DNA from: Planctomycetota bacterium
Lineage (GTDB): Bacteria; Planctomycetota; UBA11346
Direction: 5' to 3'
Length of the DNA stretch: 64,000 nucleotides
Assembly (NCBI GenBank): GCA_038231435.1
Contig: JBBRLJ010000010.1
Location: 1 to 64,000 of the forward strand
Shown: piece after piece, positions 38,841-47,738 of the stretch
Layout of the letters: each line of letters opens with the position of its first letter
How positions within the stretch are numbered: the first letter of the stretch is position 1
Notes under the pieces: generated by a model
What the model was told of the DNA's origin: nothing
Databases searched by the model: none
Seen by the model: only the letters and a program-made list of their open reading frames with translations
Program-made: the position numbers and the translations under genes

Positions 38841-38986
38841 CCGTGCCGAGGCGTTTCCATCCGGCACGGACGAGCGGATCTACCCATGCAGCATACCCAA
38901 TCGGGTCAACGACTTCCAGTGCCCAGCGAGGTCTCTCACCACACCCGTCCGAGCAACCTGCTAGGGGACATCGGTGCGGATCCGCT
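38841..38986 (-). ncRNA. Candidate structured cis-regulatory leader RNA (unassigned)
   Basis: An 8-bp closing helix AGCGGAUC/GAUCCGCU encloses several stems, and an 8-bp hairpin CCGUGCCG/CGGCACGG follows, upstream of the dehydrogenase RBS. Confidence 0.4.
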
Positions 38987-39105
38987 GTATACTCGATCAT
39001 GACGGCGGCCGTGCCGCCATCCGCCATCCGCCGCCGCCGCCGCCGCCATCGCCTCGTCCTGGCGATCGAGCTCTCCGAGGAAGTCATCATGAGGTCCCGC
39101 AGTCC

Positions 39106-40515
39106 GTGAACCTCCCCGACCTGTCCGGCAGGAATACCATCATCCCCAGCGGCATGGATCCCGACGGGCTCGATGCGTTCCATTGGGAACCGCAACCGAA
39201 GGCGGCGGCGGTGGTCGATGAGCTGGTTGCGAACTTCCTCAAACGCTGCCCCGAGGCGGCCGCACTCGCCAAGCGCATGCACGACGAGACCGCCACCCGC
39301 TTCATCGATTGGATCGACGCGGCGGTGGTGCCCGGCTCGCCGGATTTGAGCGATCGACTGCGCAAGGCCGGCTTCACCCTGCGTCCGCGCCGCGGCGCCG
39401 ACACCTGCTTCACCCACGAGGCCGCCACCTTCCCCGATGTGGTGCTGGTTCCCGAGCAGACCATGCGCGTGGCGATCTTCGTCGATTCGTGCGCGGATTT
39501 CTGCGCCGCGCATGCGTTGCAGCCGGCGATCGAGGGGGTGCCGTTCGGCCCGTTCCGCCGCGTGCGCGCCTTCACCGGCGACAGCGCCGAGCTGTGGGTG
39601 GTCGAGCGCCACGGCTACGATGGCTACCGCGTCACCGATCTCGATCCCGGTTACGCGCTGTCCTGCGTGCGCACCCACGAGGCTCTGCGCGCCCGCCGCC
39701 GCGTATTCGCCGGCGACGAGGAGGCCTTCGACCACGCCGAGGACGTCATCACCAAGGCGATCATGGACGTGGGCCGCGACATGGCCTGCGACCTGTTTTT
39801 CGCCGCCGAGCGCGAGTACTGGCAGCGCCGCAACCGCGCCGCGCGGGTGCAGAAGGAGCGCCAGGACGCGCTCGGGCTCGGTTGGGCCAACCATGACCAC
39901 CACACCTACCGCTCGTCGCGCCAGTGCTTCAAGCGCCTGATCTCGATGCTCGAGATGCTGGGCCTGCAGTGCCGTGAGCGCTTCCATCCTGGCGGCGAGG
40001 CCGGCTGGGGAGCGCAGGTGCTCGAGCACCCGGTCACCGGGGTGGTGGTGTTTGCCGACGTCGACATGACCTCCGATGAACTGAAGAAGGACTTCGCCCA
40101 TCTCGGCCTGCAGCCGAGCAAGAAGCTCGGCACCGTCGGGCTGTGGTGCGCGCTGCACGGCGAGGCCTTCCTCCAGGCCGGCATGCACCACCTCGAATGC
40201 ACCTTCGACCACGCCGCGCTCACCGCGCAGCTGGCAACGGCGGGCATCGGCATGATGACGCCGTTCAGCGATTTTCCGTACCTGCGCCAGGCGTTCTCGA
40301 CCGGCGAGATCTGGCAGGTGCGCCGCGAGCGCGTCATGCGCCTGCTCGCCACCGAGCAGATCGACCCCCGCCAGGCGCGCATCTTCCTCGACGAGGGCGT
40401 GATCGGCTCCCACCTCGAGAACCTCGAGCGCAATCACGGCTTCAAGGGTTTCAACCAGACCGGCGTCGACCAGATCATCTCGGCCACGGATCCGAGGAAG
40501 GCGACATCGCGCTAG
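39106..40515 (+). CDS. VOC/glyoxalase-fold metalloenzyme, HglS (DUF1338)/HPPD-like
   Basis: NHDHHTYRS, LHGE...GMHHLE, HLENLER..GFKGFNQ.GVD.II.AT: a plausible His/His/Glu triad and a DUF1338-like C-terminus. Start GTG 39106 or ATG 39154. Confidence 0.6.
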   Translation: MNLPDLSGRNTIIPSGMDPDGLDAFHWEPQPKAAAVVDELVANFLKRCPEAAALAKRMHDETATRFIDWIDAAVVPGSPDLSDRLRKAGFTLRPRRGADTCFTHEAATFPDVVLVPEQTMRVAIFVDSCADFCAAHALQPAIEGVPFGPFRRVRAFTGDSAELWVVERHGYDGYRVTDLDPGYALSCVRTHEALRARRRVFAGDEEAFDHAEDVITKAIMDVGRDMACDLFFAAEREYWQRRNRAARVQKERQDALGLGWANHDHHTYRSSRQCFKRLISMLEMLGLQCRERFHPGGEAGWGAQVLEHPVTGVVVFADVDMTSDELKKDFAHLGLQPSKKLGTVGLWCALHGEAFLQAGMHHLECTFDHAALTAQLATAGIGMMTPFSDFPYLRQAFSTGEIWQVRRERVMRLLATEQIDPRQARIFLDEGVIGSHLENLERNHGFKGFNQTGVDQIISATDPRKATSR

Positions 40516-40542
40516 CGCGATCGGGGCTCCACCGCGAGTACC

Positions 40543-40660
40543 GTCCCTGGTCCCTGGTCCGTGGTCCGACGTCGACGACAGACGGCATTCTGGGAATGGT
40601 ATCAGATCTGCGCTGCCCGGCTGTCTCTGACGCCTGATGAAGGACCACGGACGACGGACG
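40543..40660. repeat. Intergenic REP-like element built from heptamer repeats with inverted arms
   Basis: gtccctg-gtccctg-gtccgtg at 40543-40563; perfect 11-bp inverted repeat gtccgtggtcc (40557-40567) / ggaccacggac (40642-40652). Confidence 0.55.
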
Positions 40661-40727
40661 CGGCTATCCTGACGACGGACGTTTCCTCGGCGCTACCCGC
40701 GCGCATCCGCCGTACTACAACCAGCCC

Positions 40728-42083
40728 ATGGGCGAGTTCCTCGTCGGTCTGTCGGGTCTGCGCCTGCCGCCCATGGTGCGCGTCCGCCAGTCGTTTCCCG
40801 GGACGACCATCGCCGATGTCGCCGCCGCCGTGCGCGCCGAACTCGCGAAACCCACGATCGCCGCGTCGCTGCGTCCGGGCATGCGCGTCGCGGTGGCGGT
40901 CGGCAGCCGCGGCATCGCCGGACTGGCCACGATCGTGACCACCCTGGTCGCCGGGCTGGCCGCCCGCGGGGTGGGGGTCGTCATCATCCCGGCGATGGGG
41001 TCGCACGGCGGCGCCAGCGCCGACGGCCAGCGTGAGGTGCTCGCGCGCCTCGGCGTGACCGAGGTGGCCTGCGGCGCGCCGATCGTCTCGGGCATGGCCA
41101 CGACCAGCGTCGCCCAGCTGCGCTGGGATGGGACGGGGTACACGACCGAACCGGCATCCGCCGCGTCGACCGCGTCAACCGAGGGAGGCGCGCTACCGGT
41201 GCATGTAGCCGCTGACGCGTTGGCCGTGGACGCGGTCATCCCGGTGGTGCGCATCAAGCCCCACACCGGCTTCCGCGGCGACTACGAGAGCGGCATCTGC
41301 AAGATGCTGGCGATCGGACTCGGCAAGCACGCCGGCTGCTCACGGCTGCATCGCGAGGGCTATCCGCGCTTCGCCATGCTCATCCCCGCAGCCGCGCGTG
41401 CGGTGCTGGCCACCGGCAAGGTGGCATTCGCCTTGGCGGTGGTCGAGAACGCCCACGAACGCACCGCGCTGGTCGAGGCGGTGCCGGCCGCGCGCGTGAT
41501 GGCGCGCGAGCCGGAACTCCTGCGCGAGGCGCGGTTGCTCATGCCGCGGTTGCTCATGCCCGAGATCGACGTGCTGGTGGTCGAGCGCTTCGGCAAGGAC
41601 ATCAGCGGCGTGGGCATGGATCCCAACGTCACCGGCAGGGGGGAGCTCGGCGTGCCCGCGGATTTCCGCGGTCCGCGCATCGGCCGCATCGTGGTGCTGG
41701 CGCTGACCGAGGCTGCCGGCGGCAACGCCACCGGCATCGGCATGGCCGACGTGATCACCGAGCGTTTCCTCGCCGCCATCGACCGTGGTGCCACGGCCAC
41801 CAACGTGCTCACCAGCGGCAGCCTGGGCGGCGGCAAGATCCCGCTGGCGATACCGGGCGACGATCAGGCGATCCTCGCCGCGGCGAGCTGCGTGCCCGGA
41901 GTCGCCGCCGGCGAAGCGCGCATCGTGCGCGTTCGCGATACCCTGCACCTGTCCGAGATCGCGGTGTCCGAGAATCTCGTGGCCCAGGCCAGGACCATCG
42001 CCGGTATCACGGTCGGCGGAGCCTTCGCTGGTGATTGGGATCGGGACGGCGAGCATGGCGGCCCCGCGCGAGGGCCTTCATGA
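40728..42083 (+). CDS. Lactate racemase (LarA N-terminal / DUF2088) domain protein
   Basis: VAVGSRGI, PAMGSHGGA, RIKPHT.F...YESG..KML.IGLGK, GK.ISG.GMDPNV.GR, GNA.GIGMAD. Confidence 0.75.
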   Translation: MGEFLVGLSGLRLPPMVRVRQSFPGTTIADVAAAVRAELAKPTIAASLRPGMRVAVAVGSRGIAGLATIVTTLVAGLAARGVGVVIIPAMGSHGGASADGQREVLARLGVTEVACGAPIVSGMATTSVAQLRWDGTGYTTEPASAASTASTEGGALPVHVAADALAVDAVIPVVRIKPHTGFRGDYESGICKMLAIGLGKHAGCSRLHREGYPRFAMLIPAAARAVLATGKVAFALAVVENAHERTALVEAVPAARVMAREPELLREARLLMPRLLMPEIDVLVVERFGKDISGVGMDPNVTGRGELGVPADFRGPRIGRIVVLALTEAAGGNATGIGMADVITERFLAAIDRGATATNVLTSGSLGGGKIPLAIPGDDQAILAAASCVPGVAAGEARIVRVRDTLHLSEIAVSENLVAQARTIAGITVGGAFAGDWDRDGEHGGPARGPS

Positions 42084-42799
42084 GAACCGCAGTCCTCATC
42101 CGTCTCGTGCTCGTGATGTCGCTGGCCAGCGTGACTGCCGCGCGCGCTGCGACCATCGTCTGCCTCGGCGACAGTCTCACCGCTGGCCGTGGGCTCGCGG
42201 AAGAAGAAGCCTTCCCGGCGCTCGTCGAGGCGTTGGCCAAGGCTGACGGCCACACGTGGACGGTGGTCAACGCCGGTATCTCCGGCGACTCCACCGCCGG
42301 CGGTCTGTCGCGCGTGGCCTGGGCCCTGAAGGCCAAGCCGGACTTGGTGCTGGTGGCGCTCGGCGGCAACGACGGCCTGCGCGGACTGCCGCTCGCCAAG
42401 ACCAGGGAGAACCTCGAGGCGATCGTCGACAAGCTCCGCGCCGGTGGCGCCACGGTCGCGATCGCGGGAATGATGCTGCCGGTGAACTACGGCGAGGACT
42501 ACCGCACCGGATTCGCCAAGCTGTTCCCAGAGGTGGCGGAGAGCCGCAAGGCGCCGTTGATGCCCTTCCTGCTCGAGGGCGTCGGCGGCAAGCCCGAGCT
42601 GAACCAGGCCGACGGCATCCATCCCACCGCCGAGGGCCAGCGGATCGTCGCCGCGCACGTCTACACGTTCCTCAAGCCGCTGCTGGACCCGCCGGCCACG
42701 GCCGCGGCCCCCAAGGCCCAGCCCGTGGTTCCCGTCGGCTCGCCGGATGCGAAGCATGCGGTGGAAGATGCGGTGAAGTCCCCGGAGCACGAGAAATGA
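42080..42799 (+). CDS. tesA: Arylesterase/acyl-CoA thioesterase I (SGNH/GDSL), secreted
   Basis: GDSLTAG, NAGISGD, LGGNDGLRG, DGIHP; signal peptide. Confidence 0.9.
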   Translation: MRTAVLIRLVLVMSLASVTAARAATIVCLGDSLTAGRGLAEEEAFPALVEALAKADGHTWTVVNAGISGDSTAGGLSRVAWALKAKPDLVLVALGGNDGLRGLPLAKTRENLEAIVDKLRAGGATVAIAGMMLPVNYGEDYRTGFAKLFPEVAESRKAPLMPFLLEGVGGKPELNQADGIHPTAEGQRIVAAHVYTFLKPLLDPPATAAAPKAQPVVPVGSPDAKHAVEDAVKSPEHEK

Positions 42800-43476
42800 C
42801 CGCCGTCCTCGAAGTCATCGGCCTGACCAAGCGCTACCCCGGCGGCGAGGGCGAGATCACCGTGCTCGCCGATGTGTCGTTCACCGTCGCGCGCGGCGAC
42901 AGCGTCGCCGTCACCGGGCCGTCGGGCAGCGGCAAGTCGACACTCCTCGGCCTGGTCGCGGGTCTCGACGCGCCGAGCGCCGGCTCGATCCGAGTCGAGG
43001 GACGCGACCTCGCCGCCATGGGCTCGCGCGAGCTCGCGACCTTTCGCGGCAGCCGCATGGGATTCGTGTTCCAGTCCTACCGCCTGCTGCCCACCCTGAC
43101 CGCCGAGGAGAACGTGCGCGTGCCGCTCGAGCTCCTGGGCGCGCGCGACGCCAAGGCGCGCGCGCGCGACTGGCTGGGCCGCGTCGGCCTGGCCGCGCGC
43201 GCGACGCACCTGCCATCGCGGTTGTCCGGCGGCGAACAGCAGCGCGTCGCCCTGGCGCGGGCGCTGGCGCCGTCGCCGGCGCTCCTGTTCGCGGACGAAC
43301 CGACCGGCAATCTCGACAGCCGTACCGGCGCCGAGATGGCGGAGCTGTTGTTCTCGCTGGTGCGCGACCAGGGCTCGACCCTGGTGCTGGTGACGCACGA
43401 ACAGCCGTTGGCGGCACGCGCCGCGCGACGCATCCAGCTGCAGGATGGACGCGTCCAGACCGCCGCCGCGACATGA
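42796..43476 (+). CDS. ybbA: ABC transporter ATP-binding protein (YbbA-like)
   Basis: GPSGSGKST, LSGGEQQRVA, ADEPTGNLD; tesA-ybbA-ybbP synteny. Confidence 0.85.
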   Translation: MTAVLEVIGLTKRYPGGEGEITVLADVSFTVARGDSVAVTGPSGSGKSTLLGLVAGLDAPSAGSIRVEGRDLAAMGSRELATFRGSRMGFVFQSYRLLPTLTAEENVRVPLELLGARDAKARARDWLGRVGLAARATHLPSRLSGGEQQRVALARALAPSPALLFADEPTGNLDSRTGAEMAELLFSLVRDQGSTLVLVTHEQPLAARAARRIQLQDGRVQTAAAT

Positions 43477-46130
43477 GCGGACGGGACGATGCGCATGCCG
43501 TCAGAGCGGCGGGGCCAACGGCACCGCGCCGTTCGGCGGGTTTCACCATCCGCCTGGCCTGGTGGCTCTCGCGCGGACAGGCCGGGCGCATCTGGCTGCT
43601 GATCGCCTGCATCGCCATCGGCATCGCCGCGCGCGTCTGCGTGGGCTCGGTCTCGGGCATGCTCGACCGCGCGCTCGCGCGCGAGGCGCGTCCGCTGCTC
43701 GGGGCGGATGTCGAGGCCCGCTCGAACACGCCGTTCGATGATCAGCACCGCCGTGATGTCGAGGAAGCCGCGCCGCACGGCGCGCGCATCATCCCCCAAG
43801 TGGGGATGGTGACGATGGCCGCGGCTCTGGGCGCTTCCAGCGGCGAGGCGGGCGGCACCTCGGTGGGAGGACGATCGCGCACCATCGAGCTGCGCGCGGT
43901 CTCACCCGGCTATCCGCTCTATGGGGTCACGCGCATCGATACTGGTTCCGGCCATGAGCTCGATGGCGTGCGAGGCCTGTTCGATGACGTGCCAGTCGCC
44001 TACGTGCAGCGCGAGCTGCTCTCCGCGCTCGGCATCGCCATCGGCGACCGCCTCAAGATCGGCCGCGTCGAGTTCACCATCGGCGGTGCACTGGCCGAGG
44101 ATCCCGGCATGGGCACGAATCCGTTCGCGCTCGGGCCGCGCGTGCTGATCGCCGCCGACCGCCTGGAGGCGACCGGCCTCACCGCCAAGGGCTCGCGCGC
44201 GCTGTGGTCGCTGCTGGTCGCCACTACGGATCCTGAGGACGGCGAAGCCGCCGCGCGCGAGCTGCGCGCGCGCTGGAAGCTCGCGGAGCGGTCGCCCACT
44301 GGTCTCGGCGGACGCGCCGAGACCAGCTCGGGCATGTTGGTGCGCACCGCTCGCCAGGCGCAGGAGTCGGTGAGCCGGGTGTTCGATCGCCTGGGATCGT
44401 TCCTGCGCCTGGTGTCGTTGACCGCGCTGCTCCTGGGCGGCGTCGGCGTCGCCAGCATGGTGCGCGCCTTCGTGGCCGAGCGCCTCGACGCGGTCGCCAC
44501 GCTGCAGGTGCTGGGCGCCTCGCCCGGCCGCGTGTCGCTGGTGTTCCTGATCCAGGCGCTGGGCGTGGGACTGTGCGGCGGGGTGCTGGGCGCGGCGGCA
44601 GGCTGCGCGATCCAGAACGCGCTATCGTACCTGCTCATACCGTACCTGCCGGTCGCGCTGGGATACGGCGTCGACTTCGCGGCGGTGGCATGGGGAGTGG
44701 CGCTCGGAGCCCTGACCGCCGGCGCGTTCGCGCTCATGCCGCTGGTGGAGATCCGCCGCCTCTCGCCGCTGGCGGTGATGCGCGGCGACGGCGTGCCGCG
44801 CGGCGGATGGCTCGCCGGAATCGCGGTCACGGCGGTGGTGCTCGGACTGTTCGCGGTGGTGGCGGGTCTGGAAGCGCGTTCGTGGGTGATCGGGCCGAGC
44901 TTCATTGCGGCCCTGGCCGCCGGTGGACTGACGCTGATGGCGTGCGCGCGCGTGCTGTTGCCGCTGATCGCGCGGTTGCGGCTGCCGCTGCTCGGATTCG
45001 GTGTCCGCCATGGGCTCGGCAACCTCTCGCGCGCGGGCTTCAGGCCGGGATCGGCGGTGGTCGCCATCGGCCTGTCGGCGCTGCTGTTCGGCTCGATGAT
45101 GATCCACCAGGCGAGCCTCACCCACGAGTTCGATCCGGGCGGGCAGACCGACCTGCCGAGCCTGTTCGCGATCGACCTGCAGCGCGACCAGGTCGACGAT
45201 TTCCGCGCCATGCTGAAGTCCGAGGCCGGCGTCGATCACTGTGCGATGAGTCCGCTGGTGCACGGGCGATACCGCGGCCTCAATGGCGCGCCGCCGAAGC
45301 CACAGGAGCGCGGCAAGGGCTTCCGCGACCGCGAGCAGAACCTCAGCTGGCGCGAGGAACTCGGCCCGGACGAGAAGATCATCGCGGGAACGTGGATGAG
45401 CAACGATCCGAAGCACGTGGAGGCGTCGCTGCACGAATGGTTCGCGCGCGAGATCGGCGCCAAGATCGGCGACACCATCGCCTTCGATATCCAGAACGTG
45501 CCCGTCGAGGCCACCGTCACCAGCATCCGCTCGGTGCACTTCCTGGGCATGAAGCCGAATTTCATGATCCTGCTCAGCCCGTGCGCGCTGGTCGACGCGC
45601 CGCAGACGTGGGTGGCGGCGATCCCACCGCTGTCGCCCGAGCTACGATCGCGCGTCCAGGCGGCGATCGCCGCGTCCTTCCCGAACGTCATCGCCTTCGA
45701 CATCTCGGAAGCCGGCGCGCGCATCCGCATGATCGTCGATCGCGCCTCGGTGGCGGTACGCTTCATGGGCTGGTTCTGCCTGATCGCTGGCCTGGTGGTG
45801 CTGCTCGGCATCGGCCTGTCGACGGCGCGCGAGCGTCAGCTGGACGCGGCGCTCCTGAAAGTGCTGGGCGGACGCAACCGCACCCTGGCGAGCTCGCTCG
45901 CCTGCGAATTCGGCGCGCTCGGGCTGGTCGGCGCCGGGCTCGGGCTCGGCATGGCGCTGCTCTTCGGCTGGATCCTGGTGGACAAGCTGCTCGACATCCG
46001 CCTGGTGGTGCCGTGGGGATGGATCGGCGCATTGCTGGTCGGCATCGTCGTGCTCAGCGCCCTGGCCGGCCTGGCCGCGTGCCGACGCGTGTTCACCGCG
46101 AGGCCGCTCGCCGTCTTGCGCGATGCGTGA
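43473..46130 (+). CDS. ybbP: ABC transporter permease (YbbP/FtsX-like)
   Basis: LLGAD, AV..GYPLYG, two FtsX-type TM clusters, and a PNF.. motif. Confidence 0.85.
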   Translation: MSGRDDAHAVRAAGPTAPRRSAGFTIRLAWWLSRGQAGRIWLLIACIAIGIAARVCVGSVSGMLDRALAREARPLLGADVEARSNTPFDDQHRRDVEEAAPHGARIIPQVGMVTMAAALGASSGEAGGTSVGGRSRTIELRAVSPGYPLYGVTRIDTGSGHELDGVRGLFDDVPVAYVQRELLSALGIAIGDRLKIGRVEFTIGGALAEDPGMGTNPFALGPRVLIAADRLEATGLTAKGSRALWSLLVATTDPEDGEAAARELRARWKLAERSPTGLGGRAETSSGMLVRTARQAQESVSRVFDRLGSFLRLVSLTALLLGGVGVASMVRAFVAERLDAVATLQVLGASPGRVSLVFLIQALGVGLCGGVLGAAAGCAIQNALSYLLIPYLPVALGYGVDFAAVAWGVALGALTAGAFALMPLVEIRRLSPLAVMRGDGVPRGGWLAGIAVTAVVLGLFAVVAGLEARSWVIGPSFIAALAAGGLTLMACARVLLPLIARLRLPLLGFGVRHGLGNLSRAGFRPGSAVVAIGLSALLFGSMMIHQASLTHEFDPGGQTDLPSLFAIDLQRDQVDDFRAMLKSEAGVDHCAMSPLVHGRYRGLNGAPPKPQERGKGFRDREQNLSWREELGPDEKIIAGTWMSNDPKHVEASLHEWFAREIGAKIGDTIAFDIQNVPVEATVTSIRSVHFLGMKPNFMILLSPCALVDAPQTWVAAIPPLSPELRSRVQAAIAASFPNVIAFDISEAGARIRMIVDRASVAVRFMGWFCLIAGLVVLLGIGLSTARERQLDAALLKVLGGRNRTLASSLACEFGALGLVGAGLGLGMALLFGWILVDKLLDIRLVVPWGWIGALLVGIVVLSALAGLAACRRVFTARPLAVLRDA

Positions 46131-46166
46131 TCGAGTGCGGCATCGGGGGCGTGCCCGCGATGGTGC

Positions 46167-47168
46167 CTAGCGCGTCTGCTGCTGGGGCGGCGGGGTGCCG
46201 AACACGCGCTGCGCGAGCGAACCGAACATGGTGGTCCGGCGCGAGGAGCGGTTGCTGGCCGAGGCGAAATGGGGCGCCTGGCCCTGCAGCACGTTCTTGC
46301 AGTCCGCCATCATCTGATCGGTGTTCTGATAGCGCTCGCTGGGCTTCATCGCCATGGCGTGGGTGATGATGTTCGCCAGGTTCTGATCGAGCGCCGGCGT
46401 GCGCTCGATCGGCGACGGCGGGTGCGAGGACTCGAGGATCTGGCGCATGATGTCCTCGGGACGATCACCCATGAAAGGGGGCACGCCGGTCACCGCATGA
46501 TAGATGGTCGCGCCGAGTGCGTAGATATCGGTGCGCTCGTCGAGGTCGTCTCCGCGGATCTGCTCGGGCGCGAGGTAGCTCGGGGTGCCGGCGATGGTGC
46601 CGGCGGGCGGCTTCTTGTCCTTGGCGATCGCCAGGCCGAAGTCGGAAATGAAGACGCGCCAGTCGGATTCGATCAGCAGGTTCAGCGGCTTGATGTCGCG
46701 GTGCAGGAATCCGGCGGCGTGGATGGCCTTGAGGCCCGAGGCGCAATCGTGCGCGAGGTGCAGCGCGATGTCCTCCTTGATCGGGCCGTGGCTGGTGATC
46801 CAGGTCGCCAGGTCGCCACCGCCGACCATGCGCATGGCGATGAATGGGCAGTGGCCGACGGTGCCGGCGTCGAACACAGGCAGCACGTTCGGGTGATCGA
46901 TCTGGCCGAGGATGCGCGCATCGCGCATGAAGGTGTCCATCAGCGCCAGGCGGAAGCCTTCCTTGGCCGCGTACTTGGGGCTGACGGTCTTGAGCGCGAC
47001 GATGCGCTTGATGACGTTGTGCTCGGCCTCGATGACCACGCCCATGCCGCCCTCGGCGATGATGCGCAGCAGGGTGTAGGCGCCGAACAGCTTGCCGGCC
47101 TGGTAGGGCTTCTCATCCGCGCTGGGCGGCTGGGGAGGGGGCGGCGGCGGTGGACCCGACTGTGCCAT
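46167..47168 (-). CDS. Hanks-type Ser/Thr protein kinase
   Basis: GGMGVV, VALK, HPNV, HRDIKP.N, DFGLA, GTPSYLAPEQ, DIYALG. Confidence 0.93.
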   Translation of the reverse strand: MAQSGPPPPPPPQPPSADEKPYQAGKLFGAYTLLRIIAEGGMGVVIEAEHNVIKRIVALKTVSPKYAAKEGFRLALMDTFMRDARILGQIDHPNVLPVFDAGTVGHCPFIAMRMVGGGDLATWITSHGPIKEDIALHLAHDCASGLKAIHAAGFLHRDIKPLNLLIESDWRVFISDFGLAIAKDKKPPAGTIAGTPSYLAPEQIRGDDLDERTDIYALGATIYHAVTGVPPFMGDRPEDIMRQILESSHPPSPIERTPALDQNLANIITHAMAMKPSERYQNTDQMMADCKNVLQGQAPHFASASNRSSRRTTMFGSLAQRVFGTPPPQQQTR

Positions 47169-47535
47169 GCTGCGTTTCTCGCTCCCGTACGGCCCACAGG
47201 CCTCTAAATGTCCGAATCAACAACCGTCGATCGTCCGCGACGATCCTGCCAGCCGGAACCGGTGCTGAGTCTCAGCGAGTATAGACCCTAATCCCCCCAT
47301 TCACAATGGCAGCGTTCGTTACTTAAGAAACCGACCGCCCATGGCGGAAGTGCCCCAGTCAGCGGTGCTCACAGGCTAGGGCAGGGCTTGGACGGATGCC
47401 GGGCGATGACCGAGCCCCGCGATTTGGAGCCTCATTCCTGGAATTCAGGGGGGTGAAACCACCAATCGGACAAGAAACCAAGCCTTTCTTAGCACCCACC
47501 ACGCCTGGGGTACGTGCTCGGATGACACTACCATT

Positions 47536-47571
47536 AAAAGAGGCTCCGTCCCGTTTAATGGGAGGAGCCTC
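47536..47571 (-). terminator. Rho-independent terminator
   Basis: GAGGCUCC...GGAGCCUC stem followed by UUUU on the minus strand. Confidence 0.7.
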
Positions 47572-47725
47572 GAGTCGCTCGCGTGCGTCGCGAGACCGGG
47601 TCTAGGTCCGGCCCGCTCGCACGCAGGGGCGGATCAGTCCCGGACAAACCTGATTATACCCGCATCATCCCGGAGCGCGCGCCTTCCATGCGGTTGTTCT
47701 ACAACGAGCTGGGAGAGAGCGACCC
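47572..47725 (-). ncRNA. Candidate structured ncRNA (unassigned; possibly 6S-like)
   Basis: 9-bp terminal helix GGGUCGCUC/GAGCGACUC with several internal helices, immediately followed by a terminator. No convincing ORF. Confidence 0.4.
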
Positions 47726-47738
47726 AGGAGATGCGCCA

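Noticed and set aside
38915..38965. c-di-GMP-II or glycine riboswitch match
   Set aside because: The UGGGCACU and GCAACCUGCUA motifs are on opposite strands, and the glycine CUCUCAGG element is absent.
38782..40437. N-terminal ~550 aa of the 940-aa minus-strand ORF 37615-40437
   Set aside because: It is the antisense shadow of the plus-strand VOC gene. Dehydrogenase homology and an RBS begin at 38781.
41531..41560. 15-bp tandem repeat (RLLMP x2) in the LarA-like gene
   Set aside because: It is in frame, has only two units and has no evident consequence.
47572..47725. Retron msr-msd or self-cleaving ribozyme interpretation of the structured RNA
   Set aside because: There is no reverse transcriptase in the window, and I recognised no hammerhead, twister, pistol or HDV core.
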